Assembly (NCBI GenBank): GCA_030167865.1
Contig: JALAGF010005628.1
Location: 1 to 64,000, forward strand
From: Craspedostauros australis
Taxonomy: Eukaryota
Reading direction: 5' to 3'
Length of the DNA stretch: 64,000 nt
Both the position numbers and the translations under genes were made by a program. The notes under the pieces are model-generated. The model had not been told where the DNA came from. It saw nothing but the letters and a program-made list of their open reading frames with translations, and ran no database searches. Shown here one piece after another: positions 12,501 through 24,589 of the stretch. Position 1 is the first letter of the stretch. Each line of letters begins with the position of its first letter.

Positions 12501-13056
12501 AGCTTGGCGATGGAGTCGTAGGTGCTGATGTCGGAGCTGCTGTGGGCGCTTGTGTTGGACCGGATGATGGAGTTGCCGATGGTCGCGAAGACTGCGACGG
12601 CTGCACGGACGTGGTGGGTGTCTGTGATGGCAGCTCACTCGAGGGTACTGATGAAGGTAAGAATGATGGTAGGAATGACGGCTGTTCGCTTGGAAGCAGC
12701 GATTCGGAAGGTTGCATGGAATCCGTGGGCGCATCTGTTGGTAGCTGTGAGGGTAATTGCGTCGGCGGCTGCGTCGGCAACTGCGTTGGTAACCGTGTCG
12801 GTAACTGCGTCGGTACTTGTGTTGGCAACTGTGTCGGCAACTGCGTCGGTACTTGTGTTGGCGTCTGTGTCGGTGCAGACGTCGTGTTTTCCGTATCGCC
12901 ATCGGTGGCATTGAAGAGCACGATTGGTGTACTCGATGTGGTTGCTTGATCGCCGATTGTTGATGCAAGTGGAGATTGCGTGTCCGCTGCCTCCTGACAC
13001 AGAACCGATGGGAGTCCCAGAAGCATGCAACATGACAAAAGAAGAAGACGTCCCAT
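9550..13056 (-). CDS. Type-I membrane protein: signal peptide, P/S/T mucin-like ectodomain, one TM helix, cytosolic tail ending in an RRM-like domain (~1065 aa)
   Basis: join(13056..10274, 9964..9550). Donor AG|GTATGT and acceptor CACCAG| keep frame (VEERRLFMQG). Signal MGRLLLLSCCMLLGLPSVLC; TM VVVVVAVVVGAILLVVLLICY followed by RRRKRRR; RRM TLIVTGM...FQQFGEI...KGCGLIRF. Alternative ATG at 13080. Confidence 0.8.
12740..12875 (-). repeat. 12-bp coding tandem repeat (PTQL/PTQV units)
   Basis: PTQTPTQVPTQLPTQLPTQVPTQLPTRLPTQLPTQPPTQL in the translation. Confidence 0.85.
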
Positions 13057-15533
13057 TCTGGCAGTGATCAGCGCCTGCATCGATCTTCTGTGTCGACACG
13101 CTTTGGTTGATTGCTGTGATGATGCTTGGGTGGTGAGTCGATGCGATTGATGGAGTTGATGTAGTCGCTGCCCGACATGATCTGAAGCTGATGACTGGAT
13201 GGACGGACGGGATGAGTCGATTGAATTGCATGATTCGAATGGCAGTGGCATGGACGGGCATCTTCGATTCACTTTCGCTGCTCCCACAAGCGCGACAGCA
13301 GGTGTGGGGTTGACTGCGTCGTTGGCGAGATGTCTGATGACACCGTTCATGGCATTATTCTGGTGCAGTTGGTTTGGGCGTGAGCGTGATCGTATCCGTG
13401 CTGTGCGATCGCACACAGGGTGGGTTGTGACGGTGACGGCAGCATCGCATTCGCTTGATTCCCACTGCTGATGGCGCAGGTCATTGCGCACAATCAACTG
13501 TGCGCAGTGCAGAAGATGACTTTCGGCCTCGTCGGAGCTGCATCCAGATCTCCGTCTGCAGCCACAACGGCTGCCACCGCCATATGTCACATGCTTCGAT
13601 GTCGACATTGCTTCGGTGCCGCAGGTGATTGTGATTGTGAGACGTCGGCTGTTGACTGTGAGTGCTGATCTTGGATTCGTTTGATTATCGGTGCTTTGCG
13701 TTTGAAGAACAAGAAGAAGAAGAGGATTGGAGTTGTTGATGTTGGTGACGTTGTTGGTGATGCTGCGGTTGGCTGTGCTGTTTTGCATCGGTTTGTGTCG
13801 GTGATGTTGGTGTGGCTTGCGTCCTGCCGCGATTATGGCTTCAACCACTGTGCAGTTGTGACTGCGGGTCCAATGCGCTGACGAGGTGTCGTAGGTTGCA
13901 AGATTCGCCTCTCTGCGACCTGTGCTCCGCTCGGACTCGATTTGCGCTTCCGTCGATGCCTGTGCGAGTGCTCAGAGACGGGTTCTGGGACCACCGCTGC
14001 GCTCGTGCTGAATTGCTTGTGCCTCGCTGTTGTCGTCCAGGCGGCCGCGCTCGTCAAGATCCCCTTCCTCCGTCGTTGATCTGCTCGTCACGATGCCAGC
14101 ATTCATGGTGTGCTGATACCAGCCTCCGTGTCTGCTACTATGCTGTTCTGCTACTATACAGATCTGTTGTCGTGTGTGCGCCGCAATAGGTGAAGTACAG
14201 TATAGCAGTCAACTCGAAGGACACGCGCAGGCAGACAAGATGCAGGAGAGTATCCAATCGTTCGTAATGGAGGGGAGCACTCTTCCACCCTCGGAATGCG
14301 GTCTCTGTCTCTCTATCTCTCGAACCGGTTGTCCAGGTCAGTGCTGTTCGTGCTTGGTGCTGCCCCTCTTGATGCGGCTGTCGTTGTTCTCTCCACCCTT
14401 CCGTGCAGAAGAGCCTCTGTTGCGCGGCTCGCTCTTTTGATTCCCTGTCTTGCCAAAATTGTCTTCGCACACCCGTCGTGCGTTTTTGTGTGTGTGATCA
14501 CCACCTGACGAATATACATTGTATTCATATGTGAATACAATCATATATTCACGAGCTGTTGGATTGTTCGTGTCTGCGCTCAACCTCTTCCGACGTCTCC
14601 AGATTTGTTGCCACCACCACCGCCAACACAGAGAAGATGCGGATGGAGAGTGTCCGTCTGCTGCAGGGTGAACAACATTCGGCTCCCAATCCTATTCCCT
14701 GCCTATCTCGATTTGCAGAGAGACCATAGTTTGAAATGTGCGAGCATAGCATAGCACAACACAGTGGAGTAGAGTATAATGGAATAGAATATTATGTATA
14801 GAATAGAGTGAAGCATGGAGCTAGATTGCCGCCATCGACCACAGATCACACTACTAGTACAATATGTTGCGCTAGTGGAGTACTATCGTGTTCTACGTTC
14901 GCGTCTTCATGAGGTAGGGCATTATGAATAGGACGATCTGCAGAATCCGCGTCATGCTCATTGTTGCCATCACCATTCGGACCTCCTGTCTTGGCGAAGA
15001 CAAACAAGAAGGATTTTGGCCATCGCCATTCATCCCGCATGCATTTTCGTTGTTTGTGGGTGGAAGAAGTTGGCCGAAACTCTGTCGCCAACAGACAAAC
15101 AATTGGCAATCGCCAGAAGAAGGTGGTCACTCGATTGCTCACGCAGAGCGATGTGCTCGAACAGTTCGATCTGGAACTACTAACTCGTATGCAAATAGCT
15201 ACGGTTACCCAAGCATAGGTCATGCTGCGATGGCGGCAAGATACATAGAATATTATCATAGAATACTATATTTCTCAAGGAACCTGGCTTTTCCAATCAA
15301 TATATCTGCGACGGTGCGTTGTCATGTGCTTGTGTCTTCCAACCACGGCGCACTACCAGCAACCCACTATCATCGCCATCATCGCGAGCAGCAACAGCAG
15401 CGAAGCACATGCTCGGACTCTACTCGTGCCCACTCCACTCTTCCTTCATGTACAGTATCACATTGCACCATCTGGTATCGAATCATGCGGCGCTTCGTGC
15501 ACGGCTCTCTGTCTCTCTAGTATGTGTATAATA

Positions 15534-18066
15534 TTACAGTCCCTTTGCGATCTGCGAGTGAATCCCTTGCAACAGAAATCCTTCCATCGCTGTGGCTGTT
15601 CTTGGCAACGAGGATGGGATCCTTCCCAGCCCTCCGGATTGGCTGCCGTGACTTGACATCTTCGCCGACGCAAGGCCCAGAGACGATGACGATGACAGCC
15701 CAAGCTTGCTCGCGCTCTTTCCTCCTCCGCTGCTGCTGCGACTGAAATCCCCGCTCTGCATGAGATGGATGCGAGGTCGGCTGGGCTTGCCCAGGTTGTC
15801 GAAGGTGGCATTCTTCTTGGCGCTCGTCGCCCATTCCCCATTTTGATCCTCCTGCGCTTGCATCGGCTTGGGGTGATTCATCAGACGGCCAGTGCGTCCC
15901 CATATCGGCTTGTGCGAACCAAAGTCTCCGAACGTGGCGTTGCGCGGACCGGATCCAAAGTCACCCGCGTGCGGTCTTCCGAATGATTTGAAACTTGCCA
16001 GCTGCGCGGTTGTCTGCGCCACTCTTTGCCTCTTCGCTGTTGGCAGCGATGGGCCCTTGATCTTGGGGATGATGCCGTGCTCCCACTGGATGGATCGGGT
16101 TTTGCGAATCTTGTCCAATGCCGCAGCGCCCATCTGTGCGTTGTTGCCGCCTTCCTTGTTGCCAGCAGCGCCAGCTTGCATCGCCGCCTTCAGCCGAAGT
16201 GCTGAAGGCTTGGCCTTGGCCAGACGATGGTTCGGTTCGTGCGGTCCGCTGGGAACCTTTGATCCAAGCGTTGACCCCAGCGGCGATGACAGCTTCAGCG
16301 AGCTCGAGAAGCCAGAAGAAAGGGCGGAACTGGACTTGCTACTTCCCAGCCGGCTCGAGATGGATCCCATGGGGTCGCTGGACTCGCTTTTGCCCGATGA
16401 TTCCTTGAGAGCGATGGCCTTCTCCACAGCCTTGAGCACGACGAGTCTGGCCTGCTGGATCATGGAAGTTAACAACGCGCCTGCGTCGAGCCGAATGTCG
16501 ACCTTGGTCAATGCGACAGGATTGGCACCCTGGCTTCTGTTTGTGTTTGCTGTGGGGTGGAATCAGAGATGAGTACATGGTGCGTAGTGATATGAATCCA
16601 TAATCCATAGTTCATCCACCCAATGATTCATTCATTGCATGTCCCACAGAGTGAAGCGAATAGAGGGTTGTTGGTGACGGTGTCAGTGTTGGCAATGTCG
16701 ATAATGGTGTGGTGCGATTGTGTGATGATGAGAGCATGTTCAACGGTGTTGGGTGGCGGACAACAGTAGCCAAGTAGCATGGCACGGCAGAGCAGCAATG
16801 GTGCGGGCGATCGTATGATAGAACGAGTGGTAACAGCACATGCACAATTGCAGGGGGTGAGAAAACAGGATGCAGAAACCGGCGTATCGACGGCACCTTT
16901 AATCTTCAATCCAGAACGGAGGAACTAGGACCCACGCACTCGGTGTCAATGAGTGTTTGTACTCATTTGTCCGTGCACTTGGCCGCACTCAAACATGGAC
17001 ATGCGGATGAATGCAGCACAGCACACAGCACCGCATACAACACGACTTGTAAACAGAAGTGCCTTGCTGCGCATGCGTATGTGGGGGAACCGAATAGCGA
17101 CTTACCTGCAATTGTTCCTGGTGCTCGCAAAGATACAGTCTCGGTCTTATCTTGGATGGACAAGCCAATCTTGACTTCCAGAAGCAATGGGAGGATGACG
17201 TCCGCCTCCTTCGGCTTCTCTTTCGCGGATTCTGGGAGGCTGAGGGCCTTGAAGTTGGTGGTTGTCGACTCTAGTTTGATCGTCGAGAAGAGCATCCTGA
17301 GCAGGTTGGATCGATCTGTTGGATTCTCAGACGTCACGGAGTGGCGCAGCAGTAGCACGGTCCACGTTTGCACTCTGGAGTCGATGAGGTACGAGAATGA
17401 TTCCGAAACGTTGTTGGCAATCGCATCGGAGGCGTAGAGCAAGGATGACTTCGTCCAGGACGTCAACGATCCCAGATTCTGCGCCGCGCTCTTGTCGACC
17501 TGAGCTGCCCGCGTTCTCGCATTCGCAACCGTTGTGATGAAGGAAGCTTCCATCTGAGGAATCTGCTCGTCGTCCTTGGCTTCCCCACTGGCTGGCTTTT
17601 TGGCGCTCTCACCTGGAGCGGAGGTGGGTGCTGATGCGCCTGGCAGGGAAGCAGGTGATGGCTTCGGGTCAGCTCCCGCGGCCACGCTCGGCGTTTCCTG
17701 TCCGCCAGGTGCGATTGCGCCTGTCGCCGTGGCAGTCGGTGCAGCGCTGGCGGCAGCGGCATTGGATGCAGGGGCATTGTCACCGGCGCCATCCGGCGTG
17801 ACGTCCATCTTCATGTGGTGCTCCCCGACCTTCGGCAGGATGCTTTCGCCAGAGTCGTCGTCGATCTTCCGGGCATCCAGCGAGGGCACCGTGCAGACTA
17901 CATCATGGTTCTGGATCTGTTTGGAAAAGCAGGCGAGCAGCTCCCGTGAACTCCATGAGGAAGCTGAGCGGGACGATGATGACGTAGTCAAGAATCGTGC
18001 ATCGGGGCGTTTGTTGCTCAGGAGGCTCGCGAACTTGGTGACGAGCTGTTCGTCTTCCGGATTCAT
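15534..18066 (-). CDS. Hypothetical protein, ~658 aa, ordered central domain flanked by S/A/G-rich disorder
   Basis: join(18066..17106, 16549..15534). Donor CAG|GTAAG and acceptor CCACAG| give a phase-1 in-frame join (APGTIAANTNR...LTKVDIRLDAGALLTSMIQQARLVV). Coding-like codon use; no family recognised. Confidence 0.75.
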
Positions 18067-19876
18067 CGTGCCTTCCGTTTCTTTTTGTTGTTCGTGATGT
18101 GTTGCTGGTTGTTGCTGTTGATGCTGCTTCTCCTTGTTGTTTGGGTATCACTTCGTGCACCGCTCTATTGGGCTGTGCTGTGATCTACTCTGTAGTCGTG
18201 GTGGCCTGATTTGGTCTGGGTCGAATTGATGTGCTCTGACCTGGCTTTGAACACTCTGGAGAAATGCTCTGCAGTATGGGCAGAGTGCTATTTGTATTGG
18301 AGCACCGGTGCTAATGCGCCTTACTCTTTTGGAGGGTCGACGGCTGTTTGTGATGTGTGTGTGTTGGTGGGTGGTGAGTGGAGCAGTGCCTGCGATGCTG
18401 CGCCAGCGAGCTGTCTGTTATACTACCGAGGGTATGGCACTAGTATAATGTGATAGTGAGGTGGTCTGTGCACCTTCTGCCCCATGTACTGATGCGCAGA
18501 GAGCCTTGGTGCCCTTTCGTGATTGGGTGTGCCTTCTTCGGCTGTTTCCGAGAGTCAGCAAGACGCAAGAAGCAAGAACGCAGCACAATGGGGCCCAACG
18601 CAACGTAACGTGACGCAACGTAACGGAAGCAGCCAGATTCTGATCGCCGCAGGTGCCGCTCTCTCTGTCTCGTTGGGACCAGAGTACTGTTATGGTGTGG
18701 GCAGGCAGCAAGCCAGATGGATTCTGCGCGAGTACAGCACGAGGACGAAGACGAGCTGCGCCTGCTTCCTTGTCTCGATGTACTTTGTGGTATTGGTATT
18801 GGTATGGTATGTCCACCAATCCACGCCCGCAATCTGCAACGGAGGTCTCTACCGATCTTGCTTCCTCTGGAGAGAGAGTGAAGTTGCTGAGGTTGGTTGG
18901 AGATGGCTCCTTGGGTCCTGCTGACGATGTTGCCTTCAGTGCGGTGCTGGTGTCACAGAGAGGTGGCGAGGTATTGGTATCGGTGTTCTTGTTGTTGCTG
19001 TTGTTGTTGCTGTTGTCGTTGCTGTTGCTGTTGCTGTTGCTGCCTTCGGTGGTGGTGTCGCCTCTCTTTGTCTGCGTCTTCTGTTTGTCATGGCTGGAGA
19101 ATTCCAACGAGAACGGCCTTCAGTGCCTGTTGCCTCTGTTGGTTGCGTGCTTCGTGTCGCTGCTGCGCTCTCCAACCAGCGATGTCTCTGTGTTCGTCTC
19201 TTCGTGTTTCTGCGCGTACGAGCTACTCGCGCCATGGTACTGAACGGACTCGATCGGACTCCGCGCACTCATGCGTCCACGATCTTCGGCGATTGTGCCC
19301 TGTCGCCACAGCAGAAACGCGCTCAAACCAGTAACAGTCATTTGGGCGGACAAAAAAGTCATGCGTTGACATTTCGAGACAAGAGGCTTTCGAAGTACCA
19401 ATCATCTTCATCGATTCATGCTGATCACAGAACTCGGGACTCAGATATCTGCTCCATCGTCTCCCGTCCAACCAATTCCGACCAAAATGGGGCAAGGCAT
19501 GGACAAATCAACCAAACAAACAACCAACAGAGTTCTCGTGGGGAAGCGCTGCACCAACTCCCCCATCCACACAAAGCAAAGTTCTCGGCACATCCACGCA
19601 TCCGTGTATCCAGGCATCAATACTGGCATGCATCAATACTGGCAGGCATCAATACTACTACTGGCATTGACAGCACACACTAATACCATTGTGAGAACGG
19701 AGGCAGCAACAAAAGTAACGCCCTCATTTAGTGATCATCCATCTGCTACTCGCGGTGCGATTGAGTAAATCGTTCGCGCAGAAACGTCAGGTCCGTCAGC
19801 GCAGTGCCAAGAGACAGGAGTTACGACAGGCAGATCGCAGGCCGATTTCCAACCAAGGCAATTCACAATCTCGGCA

Positions 19877-22708
19877 ATGAGCGAGCGAAGACGCAGCTCC
19901 GGCGGTGGATCGTCGCACGGTGGACCCCCGTCCTCCGACCGACATGGCGGCTACAGCCGTCGTGGCTCGCCCAGCGGCGGCGGATCGCCACGCGAACGCG
20001 GAGGAGGCTACGGCGACAGCAGATCCCGCAGCAGACACGACGAGCGTTCGAGACGGCATGAGAGGGGTTCCCGGGGCGGACGATCGGACCATGACAACCG
20101 CCGAGACGACCGCGCGGCTGTGGATCGTCCGGACAGCAACGGCAACCAGTGGAAGCGATTCCGATCGGATGACGACGAGCGCGATTTCGAAGAGGACCGT
20201 CGCAGGAAGCGCCAAACAAGGCAGTCCAAGTTTGATGTGGAGCCTACCGCAGAGCAGTTGGCCGCGGATGCGGCAGTGTCCAACCGTGCTGGCTCCGGTT
20301 CTGCACCTGCCGATACCTCAGGCGCTCCGCCAGACAGGAACCCGGCTGCGAACCTCCAGCACACGCGCCATGCCCGTCGCTTGTACATCGGCCACATCCC
20401 GGCCGATATCAACGATCAGGAGGTGCGACCCTTCTTCAGGGCGTCAATCGAGAAGGCATTGGAGCCGCCCGCCACCCTGCAGGAGGATCCGATTATGTCG
20501 GTCTATGTCAACCCACAGCGCCGATTCTGCTTTTTGGAATTCAGAACTGTCGAGATGGCAACGGCGTGTCTCGCGATGGATGGGATCAACATGAACGGAA
20601 AGGGCAAGCTCCGCGTTCGAAGACCCAACGATTACAACCCATCCATGGCACCCAAGGTGGATCCCGCCAACCTCCCGAAGCTCGACATTCATAAACTCGG
20701 AATCGTCAACGGATCCGTTCAGGATGGTCCGAACAAGGTCTTTGTTGGAGGTAAGTGCCTGCTTCGAATGCATCGTTGTCATCGTATGATTTGGGCTGTA
20801 TTTGTATTGTGCTCGTGTGGCTGTGTGGTCGTTTCCTTGTTTGGTCGCGTACTACTCGTACGTCGCGATGTCATGCGTGCTCTCCTTTCATTCATTGGGT
20901 TGTACACGGGGTGTGAGATGTTTGTGACATGCGGTGTGTTGATTGCCAGCAATGGTTGGGCAATGATCTACGTACTGTACAGTGTCGCATCCACATGCAT
21001 CACCCCACCTGGACGCTATGAACGCAAACAAGCACAAACCGACGGCGCTATCACAGCCAACGAGTATGCTGCATTGCGGAGCTGTGCACTCTACTCTACT
21101 TTACTCTGCTGCTCTCTCCAGAGGATTCTGCATGTATTCACCATGCTCGCAAGACATGGTGCAAGGCAATGACCATGCGCATGCTTATGCACACGCAGTG
21201 CAAGTCTTTCATCTGTCTCTCGCACGCTACCTTTTGTTTTCACCTGCGCAATACTCACCACTTGTCAAACATTCCACGTATCGCACGCCGCGCATCACTC
21301 ATACTGACACAATCATTTCAATCACCATTCCAACAACGTTTGCACCATGCATTGGTATCTTGTTGTGACGTTTCGCTGTTACACGTTTGCGTTACGCAAT
21401 TGCACAGGCCTTCACTACCACATGACCGAACCCCAAGTGCTTGAGATGCTCCAGACCTTCGGCCGAGTGAAGTCGTTCCACTTGGTCAAGAGCGAACCGG
21501 AGTCCCCAACCAGCAAAGGGTTTTGCTTCTTGGAGTATGAGGACACCAACGTCACCAAGGTCGCTGTGGAAGGCCTCAACGGCATGGATCTGGGCGGTGG
21601 CAAGATCATCACCGCCAGGGTCGCCACGCAAAGAGGAGCTCCGCCACCAGCACCAACGACAGTCCCCACGAGCGTCCCTGCTCCCGTCCACACTGGCACA
21701 GCGCCAATGATCATCGGTGGCTTCGAAATCGACAACCTTCTGGACGCCGCCATGGGCAAGTGCCCCATGCCAACCGCGCCCACTCACATGGATGCCAACG
21801 GGCTTCCGATCACACGCACTGGGACCTTCGTCGCGCTGCCGGGTGCACCGATGTCCACTGACAATGTGTCCGTGCCACCTCCACCGCCCCCGCCGCCAGC
21901 AGGGTCTGGCATAATGGCGGGCAAGTCGCCCTTGGACATTGCCAATGCCGCACTGGACGCCGCCTTCGGATCGGCCCCGGCTGCGGGCGCACCGGCAGCA
22001 GGTACAGTGCCACCGCCGCCTCCGCCACCACCTGCCTCGACCGGTCCAACAAGAATCTTGGTCCTCCACAACATGGTGATAGACGAAGATCTCTCAACTG
22101 ATGACGAGTACGAAGGCCTAAAGGAGGAGGTGGAAGGGGAGTGTGCCAAAGTCGGAAAGTTGCTGGGGATGAAGATCCCCCGGGTGGCCAATGAGAATGT
22201 GCAACCAAGCGCCATCAAGAAGGTCTTCTTGGAGTACGCAACAGTGCAGGATGCCACCACAGCAGAGAAGGAGCTCGGGGGCAGACAGTTTGGTTCCAAT
22301 GTGGTGAAGGTGAGTCGCACAAGTATTGGCGGTTCCATGCTTTTGCACGTACGCGAGGATGACGTGCGATATCATGCATCACATGATCTTGTATTTTGGG
22401 GCTTGGCGCGATAGCGTGGCAGTGCCTTCACATCCTACTGCTACTACTGCAAGGAGTACAACGATGGCTGCGATGTATGCCTGTCAAGTTGGGAGTGTCG
22501 TCTGATGTGGATGGGCGCTTGTGTCGTCCGATCGTTCGTTCGCCCGAGAGAGTGTGATGGAATGTCCTGGTCACCGGCCACACCGGCACTAACACTGAAC
22601 GATACGCTCTGTCCACATGTTTTCTCTTGGCAAATTTTGTCTCACATTTTGACGACACAGACGAGCTACTTGCCGGAAGAAGCATACAGCGCAGGAAAGC
22701 TCCAGTAG
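19877..22708 (+). CDS. U2AF2: Splicing factor U2AF large subunit (RS domain, RRM1, RRM2, UHM), 607 aa
   Basis: join(19877..20750, 21408..22309, 22661..22708). Motifs RQSKFDV (ULM-like), TRHARRLYIGHIP, LRVRRPNDYNP, DGPNKVFVGGL, SKGFCFLEY, TRILVLHNMV..EDL..DDEY, LGGRQFG. All junctions GT-AG and in frame. Confidence 0.95.
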
Positions 22709-24589
22709 AGCTCCAGCACAGGCCCAGCAAGCGGAAATGAGACACCAAAACGAGCGAGCAAAGGAATGCACGTAGGTACTCGTACCTGGAACACCACGGC
22801 ATCCCACACGGCAAGATAGCACGAGCATGGTTGTAACGTTGAGCAGTACGAGTATGATCTTTTGTACTCCTCTCCTGTAGACTCTGTGAATGCCCTTCAG
22901 CAGTGATAGACCCTCGTCTCGTTGATATTGATGTTGCTTCTTCCACTCCCAAGTCTTTCTCTCCATTTCTGGTGAAGTAACTCGTTCCATGGCAAAGAAT
23001 GCACACTCTTCCCTTCTATCACGAATACTCGTACCATCTCCAGTCCTGGACCGCTCCATCACGCAGAAGAGCACAGTGCACGACAAAGGATCACGTCGGT
23101 TGGCTGATGCTGTGGACCCTGAGTGGGGCGGAGTTGGTTGGGTTGGTGATGGTCCATCTGATCCACCCTCGTCGGTTGCGCAGTACCTCGCGTCCATTGG
23201 TTGGTACCATGTCCGTGGAGTACTCCGGCAACGACGGGTTGAAGTTGGAGCAACACGATGTTGGTCGTGGATACGAGTACTTCGTGGGTGATGGCACAGC
23301 CCCTGTGTTGGAAACAAGACTGGCTGTGACATTTTCTTGCACATGGTTTTGCTGGTGTCACACCCAATACCGCGTAGAGCAGGCACGTTGGTTGGAATGA
23401 CGCGACGTCTGTACGTCATCAGGTGGCGTCTATCGTTGGTTCTCCACCACGAAGGGAATGCTTTCTCCCGCCTTCGTGTTGGTGTGCACGCCAACAACGA
23501 CGCACCTGTACGAATGTTCGAAGGTTCGAACACTGTTGCGCGCGCGAGCACACACACGTGAGCGTGGCGAGTTGTCAATGTTCCCGGTGACATGTCTGAA
23601 CCAAGCGAACGCATCGTCGTTGCGTGCGTGCGGAGAGCCGTTTGTGGCCACCAATTTGTTTTGCTGAGTACCGGATCATCAGAGTGGTCATCACCGGCCT
23701 CCGTTTTTGTTTTTGGCTCGCTGCTTTCTGTCTTTGAGTATCTCTCTGCACGCCTCGTACGTGTGTGTTTTGGTGTTTGGGATGAGCTGAGCAAGTGGCT
23801 GATCGGTCGTGCGTTTGGTTCCTTTGTTCCTTGGTGACTTCGTTGGTTGATGGATGGAATGGATGGGTGGGAGGCCAACGGGGATGGCAGTCGTTGCGAA
23901 ACGATTCCGCCGACTTCCTTCCATCCATCCAACCAACCATCGATTCAGGCATCGATTCAACAACCATCGGACCTCGCGAGCAGCCCAGCAGCCATTCATC
24001 CCTCTCTGGTATCAAACCACACAGAGAGCAAAACAAGAAACCAAACGAAGTAAAGAAGCAACGAAGCAACGAAGCGTCAACTCCGCAAGCAACTTCAACC
24101 CACATCATTCCTTCTGGTACGATTGCTTCCAAGTCGCACCAAAGTCCATACGACATCGCGCACTGCTCCGCAATCACAGCCAGCCGAAAAGCGCGCCACA
24201 ACTTCAAAATCGCACAAACAGACCAAGACCAAACTGGAGGAGCATACTTCTACTACGCTGCCACTTGTTTCACTACCGACGAGCACTCTACGAACTACGA
24301 GCCGCACCAAGCACACACACAGACAGACACAGAGAGAGAGGCGAAGGGCGGCGGGAAGACGTCATTGTTCGAACTTCTGTTGAATAGGTCGTACAACACA
24401 TCACAGCATCAACTCGTAACGAGTATTGCAGCTACTCCAACACACTTCAATGCGACAACACACCATCAGCATCAGCCGCACCTGATTGTCATTTCGAATT
24501 TGCCTCCATTCGAAGAGCCTATCATCAACCAACCCGACAATCGATTTTATTATATTATTAGTTAGAAGCAAGCACGCGACTATTGTATT

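Noticed and set aside
13081..13848. N-terminal 256 aa of the 1234-aa ORF
   Set aside because: Low-complexity, leader-like sequence upstream of a clear signal peptide. Treated as probable 5' UTR, though an upstream start cannot be excluded.
14500..15520. ORFs of 85-198 aa between two minus-strand genes
   Set aside because: No motifs and no consistent splice or codon signal; treated as intergenic or UTR.
18100..19800. Several 100-230 aa ORFs with poly-L, poly-C and poly-N runs
   Set aside because: Products of (GTT/GCT)n microsatellites in the long leader and divergent promoter region; no protein-like signal.
20751..21172. Hydrophobic C-terminal extension of the 431-aa U2AF ORF
   Set aside because: Read-through into intron 1. 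The GTAAG donor at 20751 splits RRM2, which resumes at 21408.
22589..23932. 447-aa minus-strand ORF as a protein gene
   Set aside because: No motif, microsatellite-derived start, R/S/T/H-rich random-like composition, and it overlaps the last U2AF2 exon in antisense.
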